Source: Candidatus Aminicenantes bacterium
GTDB taxonomy: Bacteria; Acidobacteriota; Aminicenantia; Aminicenantales; JAFGBC01
Direction: 5' to 3'
DNA length: 64,000 nt
NCBI GenBank assembly: GCA_963702005.1
Contig: OY969696.1
Location: 3,488,001-3,552,000 of the forward strand
Under the pieces are notes generated by a model. It ran no database searches. It was not told where the DNA came from and saw only the letters and a list, made by a program, of their open reading frames with translations. Shown here in pieces: positions 1-9,073 of this stretch. Both the position numbers and the translations under genes were made by a program. How positions within the stretch are numbered: the first letter of the stretch is position 1; the number at the start of each line of letters is the position of its first letter.

Positions 1-178
1 CGACCTTTTCATTGACGCACCAGGCCGCCCGGAAGCTTTGATCCCGCTCGGCGAGCTTGAGAAGATACTCCATGATCTCCGTGGCCGGGGTTCCCGGGTA
101 GGAATAGCCGACGCTCAAGCCCGCCTGGACGGCCCCCAGCGCGATCGCCTCATCGGCCAGAAGGATTTCTCGATCCAT
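1..178 (-). CDS. iorA: Indolepyruvate ferredoxin oxidoreductase alpha subunit, N-terminus (runs off window)
   Basis: Manual translation from ATG 178: MDREILLADEAIALGAVQAGLSVGYSYPGTPATEIMEYL...AWCVNEKV; the YPGTP.TEI and NEKV motifs are typical of IorA. Confidence 0.85.
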   Translation of the reverse strand, partial: MDREILLADEAIALGAVQAGLSVGYSYPGTPATEIMEYLLKLAERDQSFRAAWCVNEKV

Positions 179-390
179 GGCTTAATCCTTTAGGGGGGAA
201 TTGAGACGGCGTTGTCCCGGACGAGAGACGGGCGAAATCAGGGTCCTGATCGCGGAACATGAGATGTCGAGGAACAAGGATACACGGCCGCCGTCCGGGC
301 TGTCAACCCCTTGACCCCTCAATGCCTGGGCATTTAGGCGGGGAGCAGTCCAGGGGTAGTCCTGAGCCTTGCGAAGGGCAACCCCTTCCA

Positions 391-490
391 CACTCATACT
401 AAGCCGTTTTCAGCTTAGTATGAGTGCTGCAAGGCTGCTCTCCGGCCATCAGGCGGCACTCATGGGCCGTTAGCACGCCTCCATGAGTAC
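391..490. repeat. Palindromic intergenic repeat family A, copy 1 (two hairpins)
   Basis: CACTCATACTAAGC..GCTTAGTATGAGTG hairpin followed by CTGCAAGGCTGCTC, then a second hairpin GCACTCATGG..CCATGAGTAC; near-identical sequence at 4009-4131 and related sequence at 26398-26477. Confidence 0.85.
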
Positions 491-615
491 AGGCGAAGCG
501 CCGGGGTTTGTATAGGGGTGACCCAGAGCCTCGGCGAACGGGTCAAACCAAAGGGCGGCCTCCAATCGGCTTATCCACTCGATCCAATCGAATTTATAAA
601 ACCTATAAATTTAAG

Positions 616-644
616 TTGAAAAGCGCCCCGGAGGCGGATAAGAT
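616..644 (+). promoter_or_regulatory. Putative sigma70 promoter of the Rrf2-resBC operon
   Basis: TTGAAA-N17-TAAGAT about 45 nt upstream of ATG 690. Confidence 0.45.
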
Positions 645-689
645 AAGAAATAGCACGGATGGCTTGGAGGTCCGGGGAAGGAGTGCGCC

Positions 690-1130
690 ATGATCAGGAT
701 GTCGACGAAGGGCCGTTACGGAACCCGGCTCATGCTCCAGTTGGCCCATCATTACGGAGACAAAGAACCGGCCGTCATTTTACGCAGGGTCGCCGAGAAC
801 GAGGATATCTCAATCCGCTATCTGGAACAGATCATCATCCCCCTTAAAGTCAGCAAGCTGGTCAAGAGCATTCGGGGCGCCGGCGGCGGCTACACCTTGG
901 CCCGTCATCCCGCCCAGATCAGGATCAGCGAGATCCTCCACGCCCTGGAGGGCAGTTGCTGTCTGGTCGAGTGCATCGAAGACCCCGATTTTTGCCCCCG
1001 GATCCCCTATTGCGCGACCTTCGAGATCTGGAACAAGGCCTCCCAACTGCTCAAAGGCTACTTCGACAACCTGACCCTTCAGGACGTCGTCGAAATCGAC
1101 CGCAAGAAGAGAAAGGCCAAGTCGAAATAA
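690..1130 (+). CDS. Rrf2 family transcriptional regulator (IscR/CymR-like, Cys-ligand type)
   Basis: MSTKGRYG, YLEQI and LVKSIRGAGGGY motifs; C-terminal Cys cluster (CCLVEC..FC..YC). Confidence 0.92.
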   Translation: MIRMSTKGRYGTRLMLQLAHHYGDKEPAVILRRVAENEDISIRYLEQIIIPLKVSKLVKSIRGAGGGYTLARHPAQIRISEILHALEGSCCLVECIEDPDFCPRIPYCATFEIWNKASQLLKGYFDNLTLQDVVEIDRKKRKAKSK

Positions 1131-1146
1131 AAATCCGGTTCGGCCC

Positions 1147-2433
1147 TTGAGAAGCCTGTTCCGTCTCCTGAGTTCGGTCCGATTCGCCATCCTCCTCTTC
1201 ATCCTGGTCACGGCCTCGTCGATCCTGGGCACTTTTTTCCCCGGACTGAACTTGTACCGGACACCTTGGTACTTGTCGCTCCTCCTTGTGTTCGCCCTCA
1301 ACATCCTGGTCTGTACCCTAACCCGGCTACGCCCGCGCTTGAGGCGAGCCCTTAAGCCGGCCTGGGATTGGACGGCGGCCGGCTTAGCCGGCGAGCCCGA
1401 GAGCCGGACGTTCAGGTCGGAAGCCGGGCTCGAGGGCCAGGTCCGGTATCTTTGCGACGCGCTCGCGGCGCGCCGCTACCGAACCCGCGAATCCGGCAGG
1501 GACGGCGCCGTCCTCCTCCTCGCCCGGAAAAGGACGCTCGGCGGATTCGGAGCGGATATAGTCCACATCGGCCTCCTCGTCATCCTGGCCGGGGGCATCC
1601 TGAGCGGCCTTTTTAGCCGCAGGGCGGACCTCTTCCTGTCCCGGGGGCAGACCGTTGATGTTCCGTTCGCCGGCTTCCAGGTCCGGCTCGAGGACTTCCA
1701 GACCGAATACTACCCGAACGGAGAGGTCAAAGACTGGAAGAGCCGGCTGACCGTCCTCGAGGAGAGAAGCCCGATCCTGACTCAAACGATCGAGGTCAAC
1801 CATCCCCTCAAATACCGGGGAGTCAATCTCTTCCAGTCGAGCTACGGCTGGAACTGGGACGAGGCGTCCGCTGTCCTCCGCGTCCGGAAGAACGGCGATC
1901 CGGCCTTCGAGCGGGAGATCAAGGTCCGCGTCGGGGGGGAAACGGATCTCCCGGGCACGGACCTGCGGATCGCCGTGGTCCGCTTCGTCCCCGATTTCGT
2001 CATCGGCTCTCAAAACGAAATCCAGACCCGGTCTTACGAGCCGAACAACCCGGCCGTTTTAATCGAAGGCCGGCGCTCGGGACGAACGGTCCTTTCGGGA
2101 TGGCTGTTTAATAAATACCCCGAATTCAGCCGCGTCCGGGACGCGGAGGCGGCCGGACTCGCCTTCGAGCTCAGGGACATCAAGGCCGACCAGTTCTCAG
2201 TCCTCCAGGCGGCCTCCGACCCCGGCCTGGTCCCGATCTGGCTCGGCTGCGTTGCCGTCATGGCCGGATTGTTCCTGGCCTTTTATTGGACGCCGCGGGA
2301 GATCCGCGCCGTCCTCGAGGTCAATAAGGGCAAGGTCGAGACCGTTTTAGCCGGACATGCGGCCAAGGCCGCGGAGGCCTTCCAGGCCGAGATCGAGGCC
2401 GTGGTATCGGCCGCGAGGAGGGAGCGATCATGA
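1147..2433 (+). CDS. resB: Cytochrome c biogenesis protein ResB/CcsB (system II)
   Basis: LSSVRFAI..SILGT, conserved VHIGLLVIL His, IEVNHPL and FQSSY motifs, DPG before the last TM; TTG start. Confidence 0.9.
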   Translation: MRSLFRLLSSVRFAILLFILVTASSILGTFFPGLNLYRTPWYLSLLLVFALNILVCTLTRLRPRLRRALKPAWDWTAAGLAGEPESRTFRSEAGLEGQVRYLCDALAARRYRTRESGRDGAVLLLARKRTLGGFGADIVHIGLLVILAGGILSGLFSRRADLFLSRGQTVDVPFAGFQVRLEDFQTEYYPNGEVKDWKSRLTVLEERSPILTQTIEVNHPLKYRGVNLFQSSYGWNWDEASAVLRVRKNGDPAFEREIKVRVGGETDLPGTDLRIAVVRFVPDFVIGSQNEIQTRSYEPNNPAVLIEGRRSGRTVLSGWLFNKYPEFSRVRDAEAAGLAFELRDIKADQFSVLQAASDPGLVPIWLGCVAVMAGLFLAFYWTPREIRAVLEVNKGKVETVLAGHAAKAAEAFQAEIEAVVSAARRERS

Positions 2434-3248
2434 CCGAATCCAAGCTTTTTCTGGCGGCTTTCATCCTCTACATCCTGGCGGCCGTCCTCTACCTTTTTTT
2501 TCTGTTGATGAAAAAGGAGGGGGCGGCCCGGAAAGGCTTTGTCCTGGCGGCGGCCGGCGCCGGCCTCCATACTCTGGCCCTCATCCTGCGCATCTTCGTG
2601 AGCGGCCACGCTCCCTTCACGAACATGTACGAATCGCTGTCTTTCCTGGCCTGGGCCTCGATCACGGCCTACCTCATCCTGGAGCGGACCTTCTCGATCA
2701 GGAAGGCCGGGCCGTTTTTCCTGCTCTTGGTCACGGCCTTGATGGCCTTCGCGTCCTCGCCCCTGATGCCCAAGGAAGCGGCCCCCCTCGTCCCCGCCCT
2801 TCAGAGCTACTGGCTCTGGCTCCACGTTTCGGTCACGCTCATCGGCGAGGCGTTTTTCGCCGTCGGGACTCTGACCAGCCTCCTCTATCTCGCGGCCGAG
2901 CGGAGGGAGAGGAAGGGGCTGGCCGGAAAGAAGGACAAGGATGCGGCCCACTACGACGCCGTCTCCTACCGTATCATCGCCATCGGCTTTCCCCTCTTCA
3001 CCCTGGGCGGGCTGGTCTTCGGGATGATCTGGGCCTACAAGGCTTGGGGGTCCTACTGGAGTTGGGATCCCAAGGAGGTCTGGTCCCTGGTCACCTGGCT
3101 TATCTACGGGCTGTACCTTCACACTCGGATCGTCATGGGCTGGAAGGGGCGGCGTTCGGCCGTCATCGCCATCATCGCCTTTCTGGCAGCTCTGTTCACC
3201 TTTTTCGGCGTCAATTACCTCTTGTCCGGCCTCCACAGCTACGCCTAA
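2430..3248 (+). CDS. resC: Cytochrome c biogenesis protein ResC/CcsA
   Basis: WWD domain WAYKAWGSYWSWDPKE, PALQSYWLWLHV, C-terminal GLHSYA. Confidence 0.95.
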   Translation: MTESKLFLAAFILYILAAVLYLFFLLMKKEGAARKGFVLAAAGAGLHTLALILRIFVSGHAPFTNMYESLSFLAWASITAYLILERTFSIRKAGPFFLLLVTALMAFASSPLMPKEAAPLVPALQSYWLWLHVSVTLIGEAFFAVGTLTSLLYLAAERRERKGLAGKKDKDAAHYDAVSYRIIAIGFPLFTLGGLVFGMIWAYKAWGSYWSWDPKEVWSLVTWLIYGLYLHTRIVMGWKGRRSAVIAIIAFLAALFTFFGVNYLLSGLHSYA

Positions 3249-3252
3249 AACC

Positions 3253-3278
3253 GGGGTCAAACCTACACTTTTACACTT
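3253..3278. repeat. Palindromic repeat family B, single arm
   Basis: GGGGTCAAACCTACACTTTTACACTT is the exact reverse complement of 30874-30899. Confidence 0.8.
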
Positions 3279-3385
3279 TGCGTACTTTCCAGGGGGAAAA
3301 AATTCCCCCTTTCTCGTCTCTTGACCGGAGCGGAGAAAGGAGAACGTTCTCGAACGCTGGGGACTCGGCTCTTTAGGCCGGCCTG

Positions 3386-3916
3386 TTATTCATAATAAAT
3401 GACGGCACCGTGGAACTTGAGCAGGTCGGTGCCCAGCCCGAATTTGACGTTCAGGGTGTATGAGAAGCCGAGGTTGTCGACCTTGCCGTTGACGATTTTG
3501 GTCGCGTCGACGGATTTCCGGACCGTGGAAGCGGGCAGGGCGGCCGTAGTAGCCGTCGCAATCGAGCCCAGGGAGCCTGTCGCCAGTTTCTGGCGATTGA
3601 CGCTGAAGTCGATCTTGCCGTTGGAAGCGGGATCGTTATCCGTGAAATAGAAGGTCACCTTCTTGACGACCGCGCCCTGGGGGAGATAGATCGGGGCATT
3701 CGCTTCGAGCGGATAGGTCACGCTCGTGTCGAAGTTGAAAACCGTTTGGGACGAGGTCCACATACGGTTGTCCGCATCCCAATTGGCTGATTTGAGCGCG
3801 TTGGCCGGGATCGCGTAGTACTTAGTTGTCGCTTGGGCCGCGAGATTCAGCGAGCCGCCGACGATGACCAGGGCCAGCAGGGCTATAAGGCCGCCGATCC
3901 GAAGATAATTTCTCAT
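3386..3916 (-). CDS. Hypothetical secreted beta-rich protein
   Basis: Signal peptide, AGGAGG RBS, upstream promoter TTGACA-N17-TATATT (4000-3972). Confidence 0.8.
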   Translation of the reverse strand: MRNYLRIGGLIALLALVIVGGSLNLAAQATTKYYAIPANALKSANWDADNRMWTSSQTVFNFDTSVTYPLEANAPIYLPQGAVVKKVTFYFTDNDPASNGKIDFSVNRQKLATGSLGSIATATTAALPASTVRKSVDATKIVNGKVDNLGFSYTLNVKFGLGTDLLKFHGAVIYYE

Positions 3917-4008
3917 GAAAAACCTCCTTTTTTACCCATTTCCGGATTCAGATCGAATTTAATTCCTACTAAATATATATAATCTATAGGTACATGTCAA
4001 TCCCTCGA

Positions 4009-4131
4009 CACCCATACTAAGCCGTTTTCGGCTTAGTATGAGTACTGCAAGGCTGCTCCCCGGCCGAAGCTCCACGGACTAATGCTCATTGGAGCACCAG
4101 TACTCATGAACCGTTTCCGGTTCATGAGTGC
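4009..4131. repeat. Palindromic intergenic repeat family A, copy 2
   Basis: CATACTAAGCCG-TTTT-CGGCTTAGTATG plus CTGCAAGGCTGCTC; second hairpin GTACTCATGAACCG..CGGTTCATGAGTGC. Confidence 0.85.
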
Positions 4132-4150
4132 AAGAATGCCGGCACTAAGG

Positions 4151-5554
4151 CTATTCGTTTCCGATCCCCAGCGCCTTCATTTTATTAAAGAGCGTCTTCC
4201 GGCTGATCCTAAGCGCTTTCGCGGCCAGGGTCCGGTTCCCGCCGGCCTCGCGGAGCGCCTTTTCGATCAGGACTTTTTCCGCCCGCTCCGCGGCCGCCTG
4301 CGCGGCGCCCCGCAGCGATTCGCCGGAAGAGCGGCCCTCCGCTCGCGGACCCGGACGCTTCTCTGCCTCGGCCGCGGCGAACCCGCCCCGGATCCTCGCC
4401 GGCAGCCTCCTCTCATCCAAGATAAGATCGTCGCTGAGGACCATCGATTCGTAGATCACGTTCTCCAACTCGCGGACATTGCCCGGCCAGGCATAGCCCA
4501 GGAGGGCTTCCAGCGCGTCCGGCGCAACGCCGCGGATCTCCTTCTTCAGCTCGGTCGCGTACTTGTTGAAAAAATGCTCGCAGAGAAGGGGGATGTCCTC
4601 CCGGCGGTCGCGCAGCGGCGGGAGATGGAGGGAGAGGACCGCCAGCCTGAAATAGAGGTCCTCCCGGAAGGCGCCTTTCCGGACCTCTTCGTCCAGGACC
4701 TTGTTGGTGGCGGCGATCACCCGGACGTCGATCGGGATGGTCTTCGTCCCGCCGACCTTGACGATCTCCCGTTCGCCCAGGACGCGCAGGAGCTTGACCT
4801 GGGCGTCCTGAGACAGGTCGCCGATTTCGTCGAGGAAGACCGTCCCTCTCTGGGCGAGCTCAAACTTGCCCGTCGTTTCCGTCCTGGCATCCGTAAACGC
4901 GCCCTTGCTGTGGCCGAAGAATTCGGACTCGATCAGGTCGCGCGGGATAGCGCCGCAATTGACCACGACGAAGGGGCCGTCTTTCCGCGGCCCGGCGAAG
5001 TGGATGGCGCGCGCGGCAAGCTCTTTACCCGTGCCGCTCTCCCCCGTGATCAGGACGGTCCCGTCGACGCGGGCGATCCGGTCCATCATCTGGAAGATCG
5101 AGTTCATCCTGGCGCTGGTGCCGACGATGCTGGAGAAGCGGTAGCGGGAAAGGAGCTCGCTTTTGAGGACGGCGACCTCGGCCTCCAACTTCCGGACCTC
5201 GAGTGCCCGGGAGATGAGGAGGAGCAGCTCCTCGTTGTTGACGGGCTTTTCCAGGTAGGCGTAGGCGCCCAGCTTGGTCGCCTCGACGGCATTTTTGATC
5301 GTCCCGAAGGCGGTGATGATGATGATCCGGCAGGCCGGAGAGACCCGCTGCACGCCGGCCAGGACGTCCAATCCCGACATGTCGGGCAGGTTCATGTCCA
5401 GCAGCAAGAGGTCGGGGGCGAAGGTCCCGACCTTTCTAAGCCCCTCGGCTCCGTCCGCCGCGCTCTCGGTAAGATAGCCCTTCTCCTCGAGCAGAAGGCT
5501 GAAGATGTCGCGGATGTTCTTTTCGTCGTCGATGATCAGGATCTTGAATCGCAT
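4151..5554 (-). CDS. Sigma54-dependent response regulator (NtrC/AtoC family enhancer-binding protein)
   Basis: Receiver domain (IIDDE, LLDMNLP), Walker A GESGTGKE, GAFTDA loop, FLDEIG, WPGNVREL, Fis-type HTH. Confidence 0.95.
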   Translation of the reverse strand: MRFKILIIDDEKNIRDIFSLLLEEKGYLTESAADGAEGLRKVGTFAPDLLLLDMNLPDMSGLDVLAGVQRVSPACRIIIITAFGTIKNAVEATKLGAYAYLEKPVNNEELLLLISRALEVRKLEAEVAVLKSELLSRYRFSSIVGTSARMNSIFQMMDRIARVDGTVLITGESGTGKELAARAIHFAGPRKDGPFVVVNCGAIPRDLIESEFFGHSKGAFTDARTETTGKFELAQRGTVFLDEIGDLSQDAQVKLLRVLGEREIVKVGGTKTIPIDVRVIAATNKVLDEEVRKGAFREDLYFRLAVLSLHLPPLRDRREDIPLLCEHFFNKYATELKKEIRGVAPDALEALLGYAWPGNVRELENVIYESMVLSDDLILDERRLPARIRGGFAAAEAEKRPGPRAEGRSSGESLRGAAQAAAERAEKVLIEKALREAGGNRTLAAKALRISRKTLFNKMKALGIGNE

Positions 5555-5569
5555 GGCTCACCTCCGGCT

Positions 5570-6814
5570 TCAGCCCAGGGGAAGGCTGACCAAAATCGTC
5601 GTCCCCTGACCGGTCTTGCTCTTAACCTCGATATCGCCGCGGTGGGATTTGATGATGTTGTAGCAGATTGAAAGCCCCAGCCCGGTTCCGCTTTTTTTCG
5701 TCGTATAAAAGGGGTCGAAGATTCGATCCAGGTTCTCCTCGGGAATCCCATCGCCCGTATCGGTCACGGCGACGACGGCCTTCGGGCCGTCCTTCCGCAG
5801 CGCCTCCACTTTGAGCTCGCCCCCGCCCGGCATGGCCTGGATCGCGTTGAGGAAGACGTTAAGGAAGAGCTGCTTGAGCTGGGAACGATCCCCCCGGACG
5901 GTCAGCGCCTCGTCCGGGAACTCCCGCCGCAGCACGACCTGCTGCTTGCGGGCCTGGAACGAGACCAGGTCCAGACCTTCCTCCAGGGTCTCGACGAGGT
6001 TGTACCGCTCCTGGACGGTCTCGGAGGGACGGGAGAACGACAGCAGGGCCGAGACGATCTCGTTGATCCGGGCCGTCTCCTGGAGGGCCGCGCTGATCAG
6101 CTTGAGGGAGGCCTCGTCGGCGCTCTTCGCTTCCAGGTACTGAAGGGACGACCGGATGGCCGTCAGCGGGTTGCGGATCTCGTGAGCGGCGCCCGCGGCC
6201 AGCTCCCCGATAGTCGCCAGCCGGTCGGCCCGCGACATGCGCCGGAAGCGCTCCCGCTGTTCCTTGAACAGGAGGGCATTCTCCAGGGCGATCCCCGCCT
6301 GGGGCAGGATCGAGGAGATGAAGGAGATCTCGAGCTTGGCGAACCGCGCCCCGCCCGTCTTGGCGCCGACCAGAAGCACTCCGATCAGCCGGTTCATGGA
6401 CATCAGCGGGAAACAGATCTCGATGCCCAGGGCTTCGAGCATTTCGTTTTCCTTCCCGGTCAGGTATTCGAGGACGCCGGGGCGCTGGCGGACCTCCAGG
6501 TAGGTCTCGTTGACCTTGAGCCATTTGACCAGGCGCGAGTTCCGCGGGAAGAAGACCCGACGAGCCTCGTCCTCGGACAGCCCGGCGGAGGCGGAGGACG
6601 CGAATCGCCCCGTGTCCGCGTCGTAGATGAGGAGGATCAGCGTCCGGACCGGACAGACCTCCTTGATCTTGCCCAGGAAATTGCCGGCGATGTTGTCGAA
6701 ATCCTCGATCAGGTTGAGGCTGTCCTCGAATTCCCGGAAGACGAGGAGGGGAAAAGATTCGTCCCCCGTCTTCCCGGTCAAACGGCGGAGGAAGGCTCGG
6801 ATCGCTTTCTTCAT
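5570..6814 (-). CDS. Sensor histidine kinase with N-terminal GAF domain and no obvious TM segment
   Basis: H-box AHEIRNPL, N-box NAIQAM, DTGDGI, FDPFYTTK, GTGLGL; probable start MKKAIR at 6814. Confidence 0.92.
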   Translation of the reverse strand: MKKAIRAFLRRLTGKTGDESFPLLVFREFEDSLNLIEDFDNIAGNFLGKIKEVCPVRTLILLIYDADTGRFASSASAGLSEDEARRVFFPRNSRLVKWLKVNETYLEVRQRPGVLEYLTGKENEMLEALGIEICFPLMSMNRLIGVLLVGAKTGGARFAKLEISFISSILPQAGIALENALLFKEQRERFRRMSRADRLATIGELAAGAAHEIRNPLTAIRSSLQYLEAKSADEASLKLISAALQETARINEIVSALLSFSRPSETVQERYNLVETLEEGLDLVSFQARKQQVVLRREFPDEALTVRGDRSQLKQLFLNVFLNAIQAMPGGGELKVEALRKDGPKAVVAVTDTGDGIPEENLDRIFDPFYTTKKSGTGLGLSICYNIIKSHRGDIEVKSKTGQGTTILVSLPLG

Positions 6815-6916
6815 GGTTTCGATCCTTAGGACATTATACAAAGATTACGGGGAAATCAAAAAGCCCTGCTGCCACGAGCCGAAATGAAACAAGCAAAACC
6901 TTCAACGCCGGCTGAA

Positions 6917-7432
6917 TCAGGGCTTAGGACGACGTTGTCTTGATCCGGGTTTCCCGGTTGCCGCCGTCGACGCGCCCCTTATGCGTTTCAACTCCAAGAG
7001 GAGTTCAAGGTCGGCTTTATCCTGGAGCCGGGTTGACCGCTTTTTCAACCGTATCAGGTCGCCCAACCCGATGAAATAGACACGCGCTCGGCCGAAGAAG
7101 CCGCGATTCTTGTTTGCCCAGATTCGGCTGAAGGAGCAACCTTCGAGCCCGGTCAGCAGGTCGATTCTCAAGGGCTCGAACCCGAGCTGAATGATCCGCT
7201 TTTTCGCCTGAAAATCCCTCTCGGACAAGTTGAGACTGGCAAAACCAAACTCATTTAGAGCCCGCACGACCTTGCGGCTGTTGTCCCGGCTGGGCTCGAT
7301 TAGGATATCGATATCCTTTGTGTATCGCGGCCTGACATAAAAAGCCAAGGCATAAGATCCGACGATGCAACAGCGGATCTTATACTTGTTGAATAATTCG
7401 AACAACTCTTCGTAATCTTTTTCGACTTTCAT
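6917..7432 (-). CDS. Minimal nucleotidyltransferase-family protein (putative toxin-antitoxin component)
   Basis: IVGSYALAFY.PRYTKDIDI nucleotidyltransferase motif and C-terminal R.QDKADL; probable start MKVEKDY at 7432. Confidence 0.8.
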   Translation of the reverse strand: MKVEKDYEELFELFNKYKIRCCIVGSYALAFYVRPRYTKDIDILIEPSRDNSRKVVRALNEFGFASLNLSERDFQAKKRIIQLGFEPLRIDLLTGLEGCSFSRIWANKNRGFFGRARVYFIGLGDLIRLKKRSTRLQDKADLELLLELKRIRGASTAATGKPGSRQRRPKP

Positions 7433-7586
7433 GGCCCGGGCCTTTGTCAAGCCCATGCTTCTGTTCCCTTAAAACCTGAACCGTCTCGAGTCTCTCTTGA
7501 GGACTCATCGACAGATAATATGAATGGTCGAATCTCCGGGCTTCTCGGAAGGTTGAGAACGACTGGAGCCAAATCTTTTTTGCCAT
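7380..7586 (-). CDS. Small protein overlapping the nucleotidyltransferase (putative antitoxin partner)
   Basis: YYLSMSPQERLETVQVLR..RLRRVVRI pattern typical of small genes found upstream of such nucleotidyltransferases; 53-nt overlap. Confidence 0.65.
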   Translation of the reverse strand: MAKKIWLQSFSTFREARRFDHSYYLSMSPQERLETVQVLREQKHGLDKGPGHESRKRLRRVVRIIQQV

Positions 7587-7672
7587 TGAAGCTATTATAA
7601 ATCAACGCCGTTCATGGGGCAATTTTTATGAAATCCCTCCTCTCATATACTGGGAAAGGCTTTCCCTGATGA

Positions 7673-9070
7673 TCACCTGACGTCGTAGCGGATAAAGAGG
7701 ACGAAACTCAGCAGGAACGCGGCGCAGGCATAGACGACGTTGATGACCAGGTAAACCAGCGCGGGCTTGAGCCTTTCGGCGAACGACATGGATTTCTCGG
7801 TGAATTGGGGGACGGTGTCGAAGGCGACCGGCCTGCGGGTCGTCGAGACGTCTTCGCGGGGGTTAGACCAGTGCGGGCTCATGGGGTCTCGGGCATCAAA
7901 AGCCTTGAAGAAAGCCAGAAGCTGGGCTTGATAGACGTGGAAGTCGTCCCAGACCTTCCGGAAGCGCGGATATCCGCCGCCGACGACCGCCTCGGGCAGG
8001 AACTGAAATACCGTCACCGGCGAGACTGCGGTCAGGAATCGGGTCCGCTCGAATTGGCGGAATTGACTTTGAATATAGGCGTCTCGAATGTCCATCTCGG
8101 CGTCGAGGAGTTTCCTCTGCAGGTTGGCCCGGAGCTCGTGCTGGGGCAGGAAGGGATTGCCGTACTGCATCATCCAGCTCCCCGGCGGGGCATTATTGCT
8201 CAGATCGGCCTGGACGGCCTGAATCCTGTCCTCGACCGATTTCGAGGTCTCGATCCCGAAGGCACGTTTGGCAAGAAAGGCGGAGGAGTTGGGAATGACG
8301 ACGGCGAACAGCAGCCAGAAGGATAGGGCCAGCAGCAGGCTGACATTGGAACTGCGCGACACCACGGAACACAGCAGGCCGACCGCGGCCAGGACGGCGG
8401 CCATCAAGGCCGAGACGATGACGAATCCCAGCGTCTCCAGAAAAAGCGCCCAGGCCATCGCAACCCGGCCGGACAGCAGGACGACCAGAAGGCTCAGCAG
8501 GATGCCTGGGACAACGATCGCCAGGGAAGCGAGGAGGGCGCTCAGGTATTTGCCGACGAGGAGCGTCCCCCGCGAGCAGGAATTGGATAGGGTTAGGGCC
8601 AGCGTCTTCGACTCCTTCTCCCCCGAGACGGCGTCGAAGGTGAAGAGCAGCGTTACGAAGCTCAGGATCATGGCCACGATGAACGACCAGTTCAGCTCGT
8701 CGAAGGCGTTGAGAAAGGGGTTGCTGCTGCCGCTCTTGTTCTGGAAGGAAAAGACGCTATAGGCGTTAAAGACGACGGCGTTGGGCAGGTACTTCTCCTT
8801 GCCGTCGGAGATGAAAGCGTTGTCCCGCGGCCTCATCGGGTATGTCCATGGGGTCACGGCCAGAGCAGTGGCGTTGGCTTCGGCCTGGGCTTTCATCTCG
8901 GCTAAGAATTTCGACTGGGCCTCACGATAGCGGGTGAGCCCGGCCTCATGGCTATTGACGAACGAAAGCGACCCGGCGACGAACACGACCAGGATAAGGG
9001 CGAGCGAGATCTGGAAGCGCAAGCTGTAGAGGCTGTGCTGAACCTCCCGCTTCAGGACGGTCTTCAGCAT
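7673..9070 (-). CDS. ABC-2 type transporter permease, paralog 1 (ends RYDVR)
   Basis: KRE N-terminal motif, DAVSGEKESKTL..LSN, GKY, IPN, SP; multiple TMs with two large extracytoplasmic loops. Confidence 0.9.
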   Translation of the reverse strand: MLKTVLKREVQHSLYSLRFQISLALILVVFVAGSLSFVNSHEAGLTRYREAQSKFLAEMKAQAEANATALAVTPWTYPMRPRDNAFISDGKEKYLPNAVVFNAYSVFSFQNKSGSSNPFLNAFDELNWSFIVAMILSFVTLLFTFDAVSGEKESKTLALTLSNSCSRGTLLVGKYLSALLASLAIVVPGILLSLLVVLLSGRVAMAWALFLETLGFVIVSALMAAVLAAVGLLCSVVSRSSNVSLLLALSFWLLFAVVIPNSSAFLAKRAFGIETSKSVEDRIQAVQADLSNNAPPGSWMMQYGNPFLPQHELRANLQRKLLDAEMDIRDAYIQSQFRQFERTRFLTAVSPVTVFQFLPEAVVGGGYPRFRKVWDDFHVYQAQLLAFFKAFDARDPMSPHWSNPREDVSTTRRPVAFDTVPQFTEKSMSFAERLKPALVYLVINVVYACAAFLLSFVLFIRYDVR

Positions 9071-9073
9071 GGC

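Noticed and set aside
391-490. Hairpin repeats considered as a CRISPR array or attC sites
   Set aside because: No regularly spaced repeat-spacer units, no cas or integrase gene, and no RYYYAAC/GTTRRRY ends
3961-3992. AT-rich CCTACTAAAT..ATAGG tract as a second Rrf2 box
   Set aside because: Similarity to 594-620 is weak and can be explained by promoter AT-richness
4082-5671. Long antisense or alternative-frame ORFs (also 14569-16512, 45941-47413, 52097-53536, 58720-60294)
   Set aside because: Shadow ORFs opposite well-supported genes in high-GC DNA, with no recognisable motifs
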